This document shows positions 61,741 to 64,000 of a DNA stretch of 64,000 bases, in pieces (within the stretch, counting starts at the first letter, position 1; every line of letters starts with the position of its first letter). The notes beneath the pieces were generated by a model. The model did no database searches and had not been told where the DNA came from. It saw nothing but the letters and a program-made list of their open reading frames with translations. Location: contig DATBKE010000116.1 of the NCBI GenBank assembly GCA_036556085.1, forward strand, positions 2,209-66,208. The letters run 5' to 3'. Position numbers and translations under genes: made by a program. The DNA is from Acidimicrobiia bacterium (GTDB taxonomy: Bacteria > Actinomycetota > Acidimicrobiia > Spongiisociales > ZC4RG35).

Positions 61741-63009
61741 TCAGGGGTCGCGACCGCTGGTGGTATAGCGATGTCCCGTGGGACTGGTCCATAGGTGATC
61801 GCCCGAGTCAAGCGGTTCGTGTTTCCACCCGCCCTCATGCCGGAGCATGTGATGATGGCGACAGAGGGGGACCAGGTTGCCGACCTCGGTCGGGCCACCT
61901 ACTCCGTAGGGCTGACGATGATCGAGGTCGCAGTTCGAGGCCGGCATCCGACAGCTTGGAAAGACGCAGCGTCGATTTCGAGCCTCGACGAAACGCCTCT
62001 GACTCCTGGTGGGACGGCGCCGGGTGATGCCATTCGCCACTGGTAGACCCGAATCTGGGTCGGTGACGGTAAAACGCCACTCCCCGGCCACCTGCTCGGC
62101 CGCCACCTGACGACAGATGTCGGCGATGACGGGACCGAAGCCTCCAAGCTCGCCGGGGGTCTCGGCCAGGCCGACCAGCGTGGCGAGGTCGACCAGAAGA
62201 TCAATGGTTCCCCTGCCGGTGGCATGGTCGACGACCTTGCCCATCAACAGGTCCAAGAAGACATCGGCTCGGATCTGGTCGAGAGTTCGACCATCGCTTC
62301 CGGCGAGGGAGAAGGCAATCTCAGTGATCCGCCGGAGTGCGGCCACAGCCTCGGGGGCCGCGAGGTCATAGCCCGAAAGGTGAGCCGTTCCCTCCTCGCT
62401 GGCCTCGAGTTCCACCCTCCGCTCGGCCAGGGCCTCTTCATAACGGCGCTGGGCGAGGTCGGGATCCGCTTCCACGCAGCGCTTGCGCAGGTAGGCGGCG
62501 AGCTGGCCCGAGGTCAATTGAGACGCCCGCTCGATCACCTCGGCTGCCAATGGCTGGGCGGTCTCGGGAGGGAGAGAGGCCAGACCCTTCACCAGCACCC
62601 CAGCCCTTCTCCGATCGATCCGTCCCCAGAGGAGGGCCGAGAAGACTGCCGGCAGGGCGAGAAGGCCGGAGGCAAAGGCGAGGTCGAGGGTGGCGGCCCG
62701 ACGCGTGAGCCGGAGGGCAGAGCCGATCTCAGCCTCGGCGGCGCCATAGGCTGCCTCGATGTCCGCGGGATCGGTTTCCTCCTCCCAGGAGCGAGAGATG
62801 GAAACCATGTCCCGATAGACCTGGGCCTGGAAGTGAGAGGCCAGTCGTTGGTGGGCTCGCAAGACCAAGACCCGGTCATAGGAACCGAGCTCGCTGACAT
62901 CGATCGTCGCCAGCACCTGGGCCAGGTCGCAACCGGGAGAAAGCCGGTCCAAATCCTCAGGAAGAACGCTGGTGCTAGTGTTGTAGCTATCGAACATTTG
63001 TACGATCAA
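61741..63009 (-). CDS. DUF222 + HNH endonuclease protein (mycobacterial REP13E12-like family)
   Basis: 422 aa with C-terminal CVFPSCRMPASNCDLDHRQPY...GNLVPLCRHHHMLRHEGGW (HNH). The long helical N-terminal region is typical of DUF222. Confidence 0.85.
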   Translation of the reverse strand: MIVQMFDSYNTSTSVLPEDLDRLSPGCDLAQVLATIDVSELGSYDRVLVLRAHQRLASHFQAQVYRDMVSISRSWEEETDPADIEAAYGAAEAEIGSALRLTRRAATLDLAFASGLLALPAVFSALLWGRIDRRRAGVLVKGLASLPPETAQPLAAEVIERASQLTSGQLAAYLRKRCVEADPDLAQRRYEEALAERRVELEASEEGTAHLSGYDLAAPEAVAALRRITEIAFSLAGSDGRTLDQIRADVFLDLLMGKVVDHATGRGTIDLLVDLATLVGLAETPGELGGFGPVIADICRQVAAEQVAGEWRFTVTDPDSGLPVANGITRRRPTRSQRRFVEARNRRCVFPSCRMPASNCDLDHRQPYGVGGPTEVGNLVPLCRHHHMLRHEGGWKHEPLDSGDHLWTSPTGHRYTTSGRDP

Positions 63010-63122
63010 CCTACAAGACAGCTGGGACAGAATCCATCCCCCTGTCAGAACTTTCTCTGAAGAATCGAGAAGAACTTTTCCGCTTGGCTGGCTCGAGCGC
63101 CTTTCGGGATTAGCGTCGAAAC

Positions 63123-63800
63123 ATGGCCCCCGACGTACGGCTGACCGATCAAGCCGGGAAGCCCTGGGTTCTTGCCGATCATCTTGATGCCGCTGCCTTG
63201 CTGATCTTCCTCCGCGGCGACTGGTGATCGTATTGCAACGGCCAGCTGGTCAGCCTGGCGAGACTCCACCCTCAGTTTCTTGAAGCCGGGACCCGGCTCT
63301 TTGCTATTTCGATCGATTCGCCGAAGCAGAACTCGGCCATGATCGAGAAGTTGTCGTTGCCCTTCCCCTATCTCTCCGATCCTGATCGGTCCCAGGCGAT
63401 CACACCCTTCGGAGTGGCCGACGAAAAAGACGAGCGCAACATCTCGCGTCCGGCCCTAGTGGTGCTGACCGCCGATGCCAAGGAAGCGTTCCGTTTCGAA
63501 TCACGGGACTTCGCTGACCGGATGCCCGAAGAAGACGTGCTGGCGACCGTCCGAGCACTCGGTTTTCCGGCGACGACTCAGGAGCCTCCAGAAGTCGGTC
63601 CTGCCAAGGCCGGGCCCCGGACCCTCAGCCTTCGCGAACTGAAGGTGTATTACCGGGGAGCTCGCTTCGCTGCCCAGGCCATGGGGCTACGGCATGCGCA
63701 CTACGCCGATGAAATCAAGGTCGACTCGAAGGCCTTCGTGGCAGAGATGGATCGCTACACCGCAGCCATCGAATGGCTCGAAAGGCTCAACTCGAAGTAG
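63123..63800 (+). CDS. redoxin/peroxiredoxin-like thioredoxin-fold protein with in-frame TGA at the active site (selenoprotein candidate or pseudogene)
   Basis: ATG 63123 is in frame with track ORF 63339-63800. Hand translation gives MAPDVRLTDQAGKPWVLADHLDAAALLIFLRGDW-TGA-SYCNGQLVSLARLHPQFLEAGTRLFAISIDSPKQNSAMIEKL... The TGA (63225-63227) occupies the first Cys position of the WCxxC motif. Confidence 0.6.
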
Positions 63801-63842
63801 CTCGATTCAAGTTCTCGAGCACTAGAACCGATCCCGATTCCC

Positions 63843-64000
63843 ATGTCGGTGCGATGGCCTTTGTGCTTGTTCGTGGTCGTCGCACTGGTGACGGCAGCAG
63901 CTCCAGCTTTCGCTACCGAGAGTCCGGAGATCCAACCGCTCGGAAATGAGATCTTGCTGGCCGGCGTCTACTCCGATCAGTGGGTGGCGGGATCGGACCT
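63843..64000 (+). CDS. secreted protein, N-terminal fragment (runs off window)
   Basis: ATG 63843: MSVRWPLCLFVVVALVTAAAPAFATESPEIQPL..., a signal peptide with an AFA-T cleavage-like site. Confidence 0.4.
   Translation, partial: MSVRWPLCLFVVVALVTAAAPAFATESPEIQPLGNEILLAGVYSDQWVAGSD

Noticed and set aside
1-64000. Scan for CRISPR arrays, rRNA genes, transposase/integrase genes, reverse transcriptases and long tandem DNA repeats.
   Set aside because: None found by eye. The only repeats are the protein-level SLH repeats, the 33-bp inverted repeat pair and short hairpins.

Overview
This is a high-GC (roughly 65%) chromosomal segment with densely packed genes. Many have 1-8 nt start/stop overlaps that suggest translational coupling. 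The gene content points to an Actinomycetota genome, possibly Acidimicrobiia-like, but this is inference only: an LLM-class F420-type oxidoreductase, a Ddn-like deazaflavin reductase, a ClpS-DUF2017 pair, PspA, a TIGR03084/DinB-type protein, a tandem-GNAT MshD-like protein, a DUF222-HNH gene, an AbiEi/DUF559 gene and leaderless-looking starts. I can support about 70 protein genes, 3 tRNAs (Lys-TTT, Asp-GTC, Phe-GAA) and one TPP riboswitch in front of thiBPQ. I found no rRNA and no CRISPR array. The housekeeping content is as follows:
- a solute ABC importer and the ppa-hydA cluster;
- mmsA, an mmsB-like gene and two acyl-CoA carboxylase subunits (branched-chain catabolism);
- clpS and pheA;
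- a long same-strand cluster running udk-proC-proline dehydrogenase-bcp-membrane protein-pspA-FeS reductase;
- plsY, metY, a molybdopterin oxidoreductase and a RocA/PruA-like aldehyde dehydrogenase;
- an acyl-CoA dehydrogenase/SDR/KAS trio.

The loci most worth follow-up:
1. 47.6-51.2 kb: an EACC1 gene plus a membrane-anchored caspase with an outward-facing jelly-roll-like domain. It is translationally coupled to a Sir2 and a tandem-GNAT gene, has no NTPase partner, and lies downstream of tRNA-Lys.
2. 40.4-43.3 kb: an operon of two unusual fusions, endonuclease IV-like TIM barrel + LigD-type primase-polymerase, followed by HisA-like barrel + VOC domain.
3. 63.1-63.8 kb: a redoxin gene with an in-frame TGA exactly at the first Cys of the CxxC motif (selenocysteine candidate or pseudogene).
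4. Several genes whose conserved N-termini lack a canonical start codon (CTG or other non-canonical initiation).
5. 9.36-10.42 kb: an AbiEi/DUF559 gene bracketed by 33-bp inverted repeats between two convergent genes.

All functional calls come from reading motifs in the translations. No database search was run.
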